The position numbers and the translations under genes are program-made. Source: Pseudomonadota bacterium (GTDB lineage: Bacteria; Pseudomonadota; Gammaproteobacteria; Burkholderiales; Gallionellaceae). From it: 64,000 bases of DNA. The notes under the pieces are model-generated. The model was given only the letters and a program-made list of their open reading frames with translations. It was not told the DNA's origin and did no database searches. Location of the stretch: the NCBI GenBank assembly GCA_021783995.1, contig JAJXTH010000005.1, forward strand, positions 12,592 through 76,591, read 5' to 3'. This document shows positions 28,228-36,633 of this stretch, piece after piece. Every line of letters starts with the position of its first letter. The first letter of the stretch is position 1.

Positions 28228-29880
28228 CTAGCCCGACTTTGGAAGCAGCCCGAAGACGATCGCTATCATCAGCAGAAGCAGGAAGATGCCGATCAGAAGC
28301 ATCTTTCGGCTGGCTGTTTTCCGTTCTTCTTCCGCTTTTTCCTCGGCCGCCATTCTCATGCGTTCGGAGACTTGCGCTTCCTCCTTTGCGGCAGCAATCG
28401 CCTCGTTGCGCGCCTGGATCGCCAAAGCCTCGCGGCGTGATGCCATAAGCGCTGCTGCCTCCGCCTTCTCCTCGGCCGTCTCCATGTTGAGGCGCAACTG
28501 TCCGCGCGCCCGCGCGATTTGCTCGAGCTTCTGCTTCTGTTCGACTTTCATTTTTCGTTCAAGCTCGCTTGCCTTTTCCCTCTCGGACAATAGTCTTGCG
28601 AACTGGCTCGCGCGTTCGGCTTTTGCATCGGAAAAGGCTCTGGCCTGATCGCGCAGCATGACTCTCCTTGCCTCCGCCTCCCTTCTTGCCTCTTCCCTGA
28701 TCTCGGAGAGCCGGCTTACCCATTGAGCCCTCTCCTTGCTTTCGCGTTCGATGCGTATCAGCGTGCCGGCATTTTTCGTGTCCTCCTGCGCCTTGTCGTG
28801 TTCCGCCTCCCAGCGCAATGCATTTTCCAGGGATATGATGCGCGATCTTGCCTGCTCTGTATAACTTCCATCCGGAAATTCTTCGAGATAACGCGTGAAA
28901 TCAGCCGGGTCAGGGCTGTGCGAAATGGTCTGCCATGCCGCGATGTCTTCCTCGCGCCAGGCGAACGAAACCTTTGCCTGCCCAGGCAGTTCGAGCGTCC
29001 TGTCATGTGCTTGCCTGTCGTCGTCCTGGCGCGCCTTGCCTGCGCGAGCCGATAGAGGCAGGGTGCGCATCGCATTTTTCAGTGCTGACAGGAATTCGTC
29101 GGCATTCTGATAACGCTCGTCGGGGCGCTTGGCCATCGCCTTGCTGACCACCTGATCGAGTTCACGGCTTACATCCGGATTGAGCTCGGAGGGTGGCAGA
29201 GCGTCGCTGTGCATTGCCTGATGCATGATGGAAATCACGCTGCCCACGAAGGGCCGCTCTCCCGTCAGCACGAGATAGAGGATCACACCGGCGGCATAGA
29301 GATCCGCCCTTGCATCCACGTTTCCATTCACGAACTGTTCCGGTGCCATATAGGTCGGCGTGCCCAGCACCACGCCCGCATGGGTCAGCTCCGCCGCATC
29401 CATCTTGGCGATGCCGAAATCCGCGAGCTTGATCTGCCCTTCCCCGGTCAACAGGATGTTTGCCGGTTTGATGTCGCGGTGCACGATGCCATGCGCGTGA
29501 AGATAACCCAGCGCATCCAGCAACTGCATCACGATGCGCAGCCCCTCCACGATGGAGATCAGCTTGCCCTGATCGAAATAGTCGGACAGTTCCTTGCCGC
29601 GCACCAGTTCCATCACGATATAGGCCATCTGGTCGTCTTCTTCATACTCGTGGACGCCGATGATCTTCGGGTGTGTTAGACGGCCGGCCGCCTGCGCCTC
29701 GCGGCGGAAGCGGTTGAAGGTCTCGTCCGATTCATGCGGATTGACGCTGGACTTCAGAATCGTCTTGATGGCCACCTTGCGTTCGATCAGCGTATCAAGC
29801 GCTTCGTAAACGACCCCCATCGCCCCCCGGCCCAGCTCGCCGATGATTCTGTATTTTCCCAACTTTTCCGGATTGTTCAT
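28228..29880 (-). CDS. Hanks-type Ser/Thr protein kinase with long charged coiled coil and C-terminal membrane anchor
   Basis: Kinase motifs: [42 protein letters not shown]. Start set at ATG 29880 ([12 protein letters not shown]). The C-terminal part is an E/A/R/K-rich helix followed by the terminal hydrophobic segment [20 protein letters not shown]. Confidence 0.85.
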   Translation of the reverse strand: MNNPEKLGKYRIIGELGRGAMGVVYEALDTLIERKVAIKTILKSSVNPHESDETFNRFRREAQAAGRLTHPKIIGVHEYEEDDQMAYIVMELVRGKELSDYFDQGKLISIVEGLRIVMQLLDALGYLHAHGIVHRDIKPANILLTGEGQIKLADFGIAKMDAAELTHAGVVLGTPTYMAPEQFVNGNVDARADLYAAGVILYLVLTGERPFVGSVISIMHQAMHSDALPPSELNPDVSRELDQVVSKAMAKRPDERYQNADEFLSALKNAMRTLPLSARAGKARQDDDRQAHDRTLELPGQAKVSFAWREEDIAAWQTISHSPDPADFTRYLEEFPDGSYTEQARSRIISLENALRWEAEHDKAQEDTKNAGTLIRIERESKERAQWVSRLSEIREEARREAEARRVMLRDQARAFSDAKAERASQFARLLSEREKASELERKMKVEQKQKLEQIARARGQLRLNMETAEEKAEAAALMASRREALAIQARNEAIAAAKEEAQVSERMRMAAEEKAEEERKTASRKMLLIGIFLLLLMIAIVFGLLPKSG

Positions 29881-29998
29881 GCGGGTAATGTATCCGGCAA
29901 AAAGCCGATTGGCAACGCGCGAATTCCTTTCTGGGGTAAAATCGGCTGATGCCAGACACAAAGCGCATGAAGAGTTCGCCCGGGACAGACTGACAGCC

Positions 29999-30640
29999 AT
30001 GATCAACATTCTTGTCGTTGACGACCATGCATTGATCCGCAAGGGATTGAAGCAACTGCTCGAGGACAATCCCGATCTCAACATCTCAGGAGAAGCGGCA
30101 AGCGGCGCCCAGGCTCTTGCGATGTTGAGGTCGCAGCATTTCGACCTCATGCTGCTGGACATCAACCTGCCCGACAAGAACGGCATCGAGATTCTGAAAC
30201 AGTTCAAGTCCGAACAGCCCGATCTCAAGATCATCGTGCTAAGCATGTACCCGGAGGACCATTACGGCGTGCGTGCCCTGAAGGCAGGCGCGATGGGCTA
30301 TATCAACAAGCAGAGCGCAGCCGATGTGCTGATCCAGGCGATCCGCCAGGTGATCGGCGGAAAGAAATACATCAGCGAGATCCTTGCGGAGCAGCTCCTG
30401 AACAATCTGATCGGAGAATCGAAGGAGCTGATGCATCAGACTCTCTCCAACCGCGAATACCAGACCCTGTGCCTCATGGCATCCGGAAAATCATTGAGCG
30501 ACATTTCGCAGATCATGAGCCTGAGCCCCAAGACCGTGAGCGTATACCGGGGCCGCATGCTGGCCAAGATGGGTTTCACCAACAATGCGGAGGCGATACA
30601 CTATGCGATCAGCCACCATCTGGTCGATGCCAAGGATTGA
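29999..30640 (+). CDS. NarL/FixJ-family response regulator (receiver + LuxR-type HTH)
   Basis: MINILVVDDHALIRKGL...DLMLLDINLPDKNG receiver and an HTH region (LSNREYQTLCLMASGKSLSDISQIMSLSPKTVSVYR). Start chosen at ATG 29999. Confidence 0.88.
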   Translation: MINILVVDDHALIRKGLKQLLEDNPDLNISGEAASGAQALAMLRSQHFDLMLLDINLPDKNGIEILKQFKSEQPDLKIIVLSMYPEDHYGVRALKAGAMGYINKQSAADVLIQAIRQVIGGKKYISEILAEQLLNNLIGESKELMHQTLSNREYQTLCLMASGKSLSDISQIMSLSPKTVSVYRGRMLAKMGFTNNAEAIHYAISHHLVDAKD

Positions 30641-30672
30641 CGAACTCTGTCCAGAATCAGACATGAAAGAAC

Positions 30673-32436
30673 ATGAAAAATCCATCCGAAATCGCCCGTG
30701 AGACCCTGAAGCTTCTGGCACAGCGCAAGCTGGCGCCCACGCCCGACCATTACGCGAAGATCTTTGCCGAGATCAGCGGCGAATCACTTCCCATCGGGCC
30801 CGAGAAGGTGTTGCAGGATCTGGCCGAGAGCCTGATTGCATCGGAACAGTCTGCAGCCACAGGGCGGGCACTCAAGAAGGCGCTTGCCGATGAGGACTGG
30901 GATCAGTGCATCAGGGAAATCCAGAGGATTTCCCCCAAGGGAGCAGAAGACACCCTGGGCTGGCCTGGCCTCATCAAGAATCTCCTGCGCCAGATCGACC
31001 TGCCGCACAAGGGGCTTACCACCACGCGCAAACGGGAAGGCGTGGACACCGTACTGGCGCGCTTTTCTTCCAAGCCTGAAGTGCTGCATGAAAAGCTGCA
31101 CAACCTGATCCGCTCATGGTCCGCCACTCCGATGGCCGAAACGCTGGCCGATGCGATTCCCGCTGCTGCCGAAATTCCTGCATCACCCGCCGCCTCTCCT
31201 GCTGCTTCCGCGGCTTCCCCCGCGCTTCCTGCGAGCAAGGGCGGCGAGATGATCGCAAAGCTTTCCGAACTGCTCGCGCAAACGCTGGAGAGCACGATCA
31301 GCGGGCAGCCCGAGCTTGCCGACGAGGTGCGCCAGCTTTGCACACAGGTGCGCGCGATCAGGACTGCCGAGCAGATCACAGAGCTGCAGCAGAAGCTGCG
31401 CCATCTCTGGCTCAGGGTCGAGCTGCGCGGAACCGACAAGACCAAGATACAGGAAGGGCTGGTGCGGCTGTTGCGGCTGCTCGTCGAGAACGTCGGAGAA
31501 ATGGTCGAGGACGAGGAATGGCTGCACGGCCAGATCAACACCTTGAACGAGATCATCAGCAAGCCGCTGGACAAGCACATGATCGCGGATGCCGAACGCA
31601 GCCTGCGCGAGGCGATCATCAAGCAGAGCCTCTTGAAGAAGAGCCTGACGGATGCCAAGTCCACGCTGAAGAATCTGATGACCACCTTCATCGACCGCCT
31701 GGGCGCCATCACCACCAGCACCGGCGACTATCACAAGAAGATCGAGGGTTACAGCGAGAAGATCGCAAAGACCAACAATCTCAACGAGCTTGGCAACTTG
31801 CTCGAGGACATCATGCAGGACACGCGCATCATCCAGACCAGCGCGCTGCGCTCTCACGAGGAACTGCTGGAGACGCGCCGCCAGGTCGATGAAGCGGAAG
31901 CCAGGATCGCGAAGCTCGAACAGGAGCTCTCCGAGATCAGCGAGCTCGTGCATCAGGACCAGCTGACCGGCGTGCTCAACCGGCGCGGCCTGGACGATGC
32001 ATTCGAGCGCGAATCCACGCGCGTGGACCGTAACCACGCGCCGCTTTGCGTGGCTTTGCTCGACATAGACAACTTCAAGCGCATGAACGATACCATGGGG
32101 CACCATGTGGGCGACCAGGCGCTCGTTCATCTGAGCAACGTGATCCGGGAAACGCTGCGCCCATCGGACGCGGTCGCGCGCTATGGCGGCGAGGAATTCG
32201 TGATCGTGCTGCCGGACATCGGGGCTGAAGAAGCAGCCGGCATCGTCGAGAGGTTGCAGCGCGAGCTCACCAAACGATTCTTCATGCACGAAAACGAACG
32301 CGTGCTGGTGACCTTCAGCGCAGGCGTCGCACAGCGCGAGGAAGGAGAGCCCCAGGACGAGGTGATCGGGCGTGCCGACAAGGCGATGTATCAGGCCAAG
32401 CACACCGGCAAGAACCGCGTGGTGATCGCTGAATAA
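30673..32436 (+). CDS. Diguanylate cyclase (GGDEF) with ~400-aa N-terminal helical region
   Basis: GGEEF active site, with RPSD (RxxD I-site) five residues upstream. No TM segment. An Ala/Pro/Ser linker is present (PASPAASPAASAASPALPAS). Confidence 0.88.
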   Translation: MKNPSEIARETLKLLAQRKLAPTPDHYAKIFAEISGESLPIGPEKVLQDLAESLIASEQSAATGRALKKALADEDWDQCIREIQRISPKGAEDTLGWPGLIKNLLRQIDLPHKGLTTTRKREGVDTVLARFSSKPEVLHEKLHNLIRSWSATPMAETLADAIPAAAEIPASPAASPAASAASPALPASKGGEMIAKLSELLAQTLESTISGQPELADEVRQLCTQVRAIRTAEQITELQQKLRHLWLRVELRGTDKTKIQEGLVRLLRLLVENVGEMVEDEEWLHGQINTLNEIISKPLDKHMIADAERSLREAIIKQSLLKKSLTDAKSTLKNLMTTFIDRLGAITTSTGDYHKKIEGYSEKIAKTNNLNELGNLLEDIMQDTRIIQTSALRSHEELLETRRQVDEAEARIAKLEQELSEISELVHQDQLTGVLNRRGLDDAFERESTRVDRNHAPLCVALLDIDNFKRMNDTMGHHVGDQALVHLSNVIRETLRPSDAVARYGGEEFVIVLPDIGAEEAAGIVERLQRELTKRFFMHENERVLVTFSAGVAQREEGEPQDEVIGRADKAMYQAKHTGKNRVVIAE

Positions 32437-32442
32437 CCTTTG

Positions 32443-32760
32443 TCAGAATCCCTGAAACAGAAAATCGATCGCGCCTGTTATTGCCGTCTGCTCGGCACTC
32501 AGTGTATGCACCGGCTCCTTCAGCAAGCGCCTTGGCACAGCGGCCAGTTTGGGCGTTTCAAGCATGCAGGCGACGCCTTCAATATTGAAAATCGGACTCA
32601 GTCGCTGTGGAATCTTGCTTGCGGGAAATCGGTCACAGCGGCGCAGTGGAACGACGACGCATGTATCCAACCCCTGCAGCAGGTCGCTTTGCACATCCAG
32701 CAAATAAGGCACGTCATCAGCATGGGGGCCGAGGTTGCGAAAGATCTCGAAGCGTGCCAC
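32443..32760 (-). CDS. ccdB: CcdB-family toxin (copy 1)
   Basis: GTG start at 32760. VARFEIFRNLGPHADDVPYLLDVQSDLL...VVVPL...AIDFLFQGF follows the CcdB family pattern. It is separated from the ccdA1 stop codon (32762-32764) by 1 nt. Confidence 0.8.
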   Translation of the reverse strand: MARFEIFRNLGPHADDVPYLLDVQSDLLQGLDTCVVVPLRRCDRFPASKIPQRLSPIFNIEGVACMLETPKLAAVPRRLLKEPVHTLSAEQTAITGAIDFLFQGF

Positions 32761-32761
32761 C

Positions 32762-32995
32762 TCAGAAACTCCTCCAGGGATCCAGTGGCAAGCCATCGCG
32801 CTCCACGCCGGCATTGTAGGCCGCAATGAATTCCGCATGATCGGTCTGCCAACGTCGTTTTTGCTCGATTCTTACCAGATCACGCAGAAACTGGTCGCAT
32901 GCCTGAGAGATATTGATACCCAAAGCCTTTGCCTCGTTTAACACATCGGCGGAAAGGGTAATATTTGTGGCTTTTTTGGGGGATGTGGTAATCAT
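32762..32995 (-). CDS. ccdA: CcdA-family antitoxin (copy 1)
   Basis: MITTSPKKATNITLSADVLNEAKALGINISQACDQFL...WQTDHAEFIAAYNAGVERDGLPLDPWRSF follows the CcdA pattern. Start chosen at ATG 32995. Confidence 0.8.
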   Translation of the reverse strand: MITTSPKKATNITLSADVLNEAKALGINISQACDQFLRDLVRIEQKRRWQTDHAEFIAAYNAGVERDGLPLDPWRSF

Positions 32996-33022
32996 GCATG
33001 GCCTCCGTTTATATTGCTTATT

Positions 33023-33174
33023 TATGCGCATACTATCACAACATCCGGGGTCCGGAAGATACTCGCCGCCTGACGCATCATGCTACAGTTATCTCCGAAG
33101 TGATTGCGCCCTTGTTGTTCTGGATGCACTGCCCTGCGCTTCCATCTTTTCTGAAATGCGCATAATATGCGCAT
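33023..33174. promoter_or_regulatory. Three copies of the palindromic motif (T)ATGCGCATA in the ccdA1/ccdA2 divergent spacer
   Basis: TATGCGCATA occurs at 33023-33032. TGCGCATA-A-TATGCGCA (an 8-bp perfect inverted repeat containing two overlapping motif copies) occurs at 33157-33173, about 25 nt upstream of the ccdA2 ATG. Confidence 0.5.
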
Positions 33175-33197
33175 ACTCAATATGCAGGTATTTTCCC

Positions 33198-33449
33198 ATG
33201 ACTACCCATCAAGCAAATTCTGTCCGGAAGCGCCCGGTTAACCTGTCTTTGAATGAAGACATTGTTGCTCAGGCTAAAGCGCTGACTCCGAATCTGTCTT
33301 CCGTGGTGGATGCACTGCTATCCAGCTACGTTGCACAGAAACACCATGAACGCTTGAACAAACAGGAGCAGGCCAGGTCGATAGCGAGCGTATGGAACGG
33401 TTTCAATGAGCAGTCAGGATCGTTCGCAGACGAGTATTCGAGCCTGTAA
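33198..33449 (+). CDS. ccdA: CcdA-family antitoxin (copy 2)
   Basis: MTTHQANSVRKRPVNLSLNEDIVAQAKALTPNLSSVVDALL...WNGFNEQSGSFADEYSSL. Start at ATG 33198; the longer track ORF would run antisense through ccdA1. Confidence 0.8.
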   Translation: MTTHQANSVRKRPVNLSLNEDIVAQAKALTPNLSSVVDALLSSYVAQKHHERLNKQEQARSIASVWNGFNEQSGSFADEYSSL

Positions 33450-33779
33450 ATGGCACAATTTGATGTTCACCGAAATATCGGACGACAGCAGCAGAGCATT
33501 CCTTTTGTGGTAATCGTGCAGTCGTCTTTATATGACCACTATCGACGCAGAGTCGTTGTCCCCTTGGTGCGGCGAAGCTCATTGTCCGGATCTGAAGTTC
33601 TGGGCCTGAGCCGCATGAGTCCGGTATTTGATGTCGAGGGAATCGAAGTCGTTCTGCACTCGCTGGAAATCGTATCAATCGCTCTCGACCAGTTAGGCAG
33701 CAAAGTTTGCTCTTTGGCATCAGAAGGCAATCGCATTGCCGACGCCCTGGATGAGCTGCTGACGCAGTCGTGGAAGTAA
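33450..33779 (+). CDS. ccdB: CcdB-family toxin (copy 2)
   Basis: MAQFDVHRNIGRQQQSIPFVVIVQSSLY...VVVPLV...ALDELLTQSW. The ATG immediately follows the ccdA2 stop codon. Confidence 0.8.
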   Translation: MAQFDVHRNIGRQQQSIPFVVIVQSSLYDHYRRRVVVPLVRRSSLSGSEVLGLSRMSPVFDVEGIEVVLHSLEIVSIALDQLGSKVCSLASEGNRIADALDELLTQSWK

Positions 33780-34097
33780 TTCACAAGAATTGAAGTGCCT
33801 TATTGATCAGGTCACATGAAGTCAGGAATCAGTTCATTCTTCCATGCATCACCCTTTTAGACATCAGGGTGAACGATTATCGAAATCCACTGTAAACGGT
33901 AATATCATTTATTGGTGGCGCTGAAACAGGCTTTGGTTCCGTCGTCCTTCTACTCATCCGCTGCAGAAAATCATCCTTCTATATATCTGGACAGGAACCA
34001 GCTTCATGCCCAGCGCTGATTGTCGCAATGCATCGCAAACCTTTGCACAATGAATGCCGAAATTCGCGCCGATCGGACGCAATTTTCAGAACAACCC

Positions 34098-34124
34098 TAA
34101 AGTTTTTTTTGTCCGCACCGATAA
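34098..34124 (+). promoter_or_regulatory. Sigma28 (FliA) class-III promoter of fliC
   Basis: TAAAGTTT-N11-ACCGATAA, against the consensus TAAAGTTT-N11-GCCGATAA. It lies about 95 nt upstream of the fliC ATG. Confidence 0.8.
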
Positions 34125-34219
34125 CTGCAATAACCGCGGTTGATCTGCCTCAACAATGAAGGCAAACCAAAGTAAACGGAAATCGAGCTTAACCGGACAC
34201 CAACACAAGGAGAAACAAA

Positions 34220-36547
34220 ATGCCTTCATATATCAATACCAACATGAATTCGCTGTACGTGCAGATGGCGCTGAATTCATCGCAAGCCCAGCAGACCACC
34301 GCGATGCAGCGCCTGGCCACCGGCCTGCGCATCAACTCTGCAGCGGACGACGCAGCGGGCTTTGCGATTTCGACCCGCATGACATCCCAGATCGGCGGCG
34401 ACACTCAGGCCGCACGCAACGCGAATGACGGCATATCCCTGGCACAGACCGCAGGCGGCGATCTGACACAGATCACCAACAACCTGCAGACCATGCGCGA
34501 CCTGGCAGTTCAGGCAGCCAACGCCACCAACAGCGCATCCGACCGCGCAGCATTGAACAACCAGTTGCAGGCGCTGTCTGCTGAAATTCAGCGCGTTTCG
34601 CAGACCTCTTCTTTCAACGGCGTGAACCTGCTCGACGGTACCTTTGCTTCGCAGACATTCCAGGTCGGTGCGAATGCAGGCGCCAACAACCAGATCCAGA
34701 TTTCGTCGATCGCCAGCGCCAGCACCTCGGCACTGGGCGCAGCCAGCCTGACTTCGCAGAGCACCGTCACCGGCACCGCGACCACAGCAGCCCTCGCAGC
34801 GGGTGATCTGACGCTGAACGGTGTCCAGGTCGGCGCATCGGTCGCCGGCACGGCACCCGGCCAGAACGCCGACAGCGCCTCGTCGATTGCAGTCGCGATC
34901 AACAACGTGTCAGGCACATCGGGCGTGACTGCAACAGCCAACGCCGCAGTAGTGACGGGCAATTCGGCCACTTCATTTGGTACGGTGACAGGCGCGATAG
35001 CAGCCAACACCTTCAGCATCAACGGCGTCAGCGTTGGCGCTATCTTGGGTGGTGGCAGCGCAGCCGGTCAAGGGGTTAACGTCGCGGCAGCCATCAACCA
35101 GATCTCCGCCCAGACCGGCGTGACAGCGACTGCCAATGCCACCACCGGCGCGCTCACGCTGACCGCAGCGGACGGACGCGACATCAACATCGACATGAAC
35201 GGCAGCGGCACCTCCACCACTTCCACCACAAGCCTGAACACCTTCCTTGCTCAGACAGGATTGTCTGCAACCAACGTAGGTCAGCAAGCTTATGCCGCCA
35301 CGGGAGGATCTATACTCACTACGTCTACTACGTTTACACCCGGCGTTCCTGCAGGAGGTGGCACCATTGCCGCCAACACCATCACGGCAAACGGCGTGTC
35401 AGTGGGTGCGGTCAATCTGTCTAGCCAAGCTGTGACTAATTCAGGAGTACCAGCAAGTGCTTCATCTGCGGGCGCCACACTGACAATCAACAACCTGACG
35501 GCGGGCAGCACTTACACCATCGGAGTCACTGGCTCTGTCACAGGCACCATCAATCTGGTTGCCACTGGCAACGCGGCAACGGATGCCGCGAACTTCGCCG
35601 CAGCCTTCAATGCCTATGGCTCTTCTACTACAACACAACTCACTGCAGGCACGGGAGTGAATGCCAACGTGCTGACTGCAAGCGGCACTGTGGGTACATT
35701 GACACTCGCGGTCCAGGCCGTGAGGACCTCGACACAGGTCTCGGCAGGCTTGACGGCTGCACAGGCCGCAGTCACCGTGGATTTGGCCACTTCAACTGCC
35801 AATGCCGCCGGGTTTGTGCTGAATTCGGGCACTGTGGGAACCCAAAACAACGGGGGCGTCGCTTACAATGGACAGCAGCTTTCCAATGCAATACAAACCG
35901 CGTTGACCACGGCTGGCAGCACGGCGACCGTTTCAGCCAATACGACAACAGGTGTCATCACTGTCGCTGCGAGCACCGGCGCCGGTGCGGTCCAATTCGG
36001 TTTGGGCGGTACAGCAGCCAGTGCGGCAGCGGCGACGGCCGATCAGACGGCGGCGGCAGCAGCGACTGGTTTAACTCAGCTCGGAACACAGGCAGTGGGT
36101 GGTGGCATTGACAACACTGGCACCGTGACGCTGACCAGTACCAATCCAGCGGGTATCGTCATCGGCGGTGCGAAACCATCTGTTGCAGGTCTGTCTGTCG
36201 GCACCACAGCACCCACGACGACTTCCACCGTCAACAGCGTGGCGAACATCAACATCTCGACGGCTGCAGGCGCTACCGCTGCGCTGGCCGTGATCGACGG
36301 CGCGCTGTCCCAGGTGGCGACTTCTCAGGCGGCCCTGGGTGCGATACAGAACCGCTTCGCCTCGGTGGTGAGCAGCCTGCAGACGACATCGACCAACCTG
36401 ACCGCAGCACAGAGCCGGATTCAGGACACCGATTACGCTGCAACCACGGCCCAGTTGTCCCGCACGCAGATCCTGCAGCAGGCAGGCAATGCGATGCTGG
36501 CGCAGGCGAACCAGCAGCCCAACCAGGTTCTGACGCTGCTGCGTTAA
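34220..36547 (+). CDS. fliC: Flagellin, unusually long (775 aa)
   Basis: Conserved N-terminal (RLATGLRINSAADDAAG...NANDGISLAQTAGG) and C-terminal (LGAIQNRF...QILQQAGNAMLAQANQQPNQVLTLLR) D0/D1 helices. The ~510-aa central T/A/G/S/N/V-rich region has repeated flagellin-IN-type motifs. Confidence 0.93.
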   Translation: MPSYINTNMNSLYVQMALNSSQAQQTTAMQRLATGLRINSAADDAAGFAISTRMTSQIGGDTQAARNANDGISLAQTAGGDLTQITNNLQTMRDLAVQAANATNSASDRAALNNQLQALSAEIQRVSQTSSFNGVNLLDGTFASQTFQVGANAGANNQIQISSIASASTSALGAASLTSQSTVTGTATTAALAAGDLTLNGVQVGASVAGTAPGQNADSASSIAVAINNVSGTSGVTATANAAVVTGNSATSFGTVTGAIAANTFSINGVSVGAILGGGSAAGQGVNVAAAINQISAQTGVTATANATTGALTLTAADGRDINIDMNGSGTSTTSTTSLNTFLAQTGLSATNVGQQAYAATGGSILTTSTTFTPGVPAGGGTIAANTITANGVSVGAVNLSSQAVTNSGVPASASSAGATLTINNLTAGSTYTIGVTGSVTGTINLVATGNAATDAANFAAAFNAYGSSTTTQLTAGTGVNANVLTASGTVGTLTLAVQAVRTSTQVSAGLTAAQAAVTVDLATSTANAAGFVLNSGTVGTQNNGGVAYNGQQLSNAIQTALTTAGSTATVSANTTTGVITVAASTGAGAVQFGLGGTAASAAAATADQTAAAAATGLTQLGTQAVGGGIDNTGTVTLTSTNPAGIVIGGAKPSVAGLSVGTTAPTTTSTVNSVANINISTAAGATAALAVIDGALSQVATSQAALGAIQNRFASVVSSLQTTSTNLTAAQSRIQDTDYAATTAQLSRTQILQQAGNAMLAQANQQPNQVLTLLR

Positions 36548-36576
36548 GCTTGAAGGATTCCCTCTTCCCAATCCTC

Positions 36577-36633
36577 TGATGAAGCAACTAGCCATTCGAC
36601 TAGGCTATCAAAAAACGATAGCCAAGTCGCTGG
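36577..36633 (+). repeat. Intergenic repeat element, copy A (hairpin 36598-36628)
   Basis: tgatgaagcaactagccattcgactaggctatcaaaaaacgatagccaagtcgctgg aligns with 60998-61053 in the same orientation. Confidence 0.6.

Noticed and set aside
29881-30246. 122-codon N-terminal extension of the kinase ORF (track start 30246)
   Set aside because: The extension runs antisense through the NarL-type regulator gene and has junk-like sequence. The kinase glycine loop begins right after the internal ATG at 29880 ([19 protein letters not shown]).
31183-32403. 406-aa minus-strand ORF
   Set aside because: Antisense to the GGDEF cyclase gene, with no motifs. A shadow ORF.
32913-33197. 95-codon N-terminal extension of the ccdA2 ORF
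   Set aside because: It overlaps ccdA1 on the opposite strand and crosses the operator-containing spacer. CcdA homology begins only at the ATG at 33198.
33780-34097. About 320-bp AT-rich region upstream of the fliC promoter, examined for small ORFs or a second promoter
   Set aside because: Only ORFs of 13 codons or fewer are present. The second GCCGAT-containing site near 34068 lacks a TAAAG -35 element.
34588-36595. Several 70-170-aa minus-strand ORFs inside fliC
   Set aside because: They are by-products of the low-complexity Thr/Ala/Gly-coding repeats read on the opposite strand. The flagellin frame is unambiguous.
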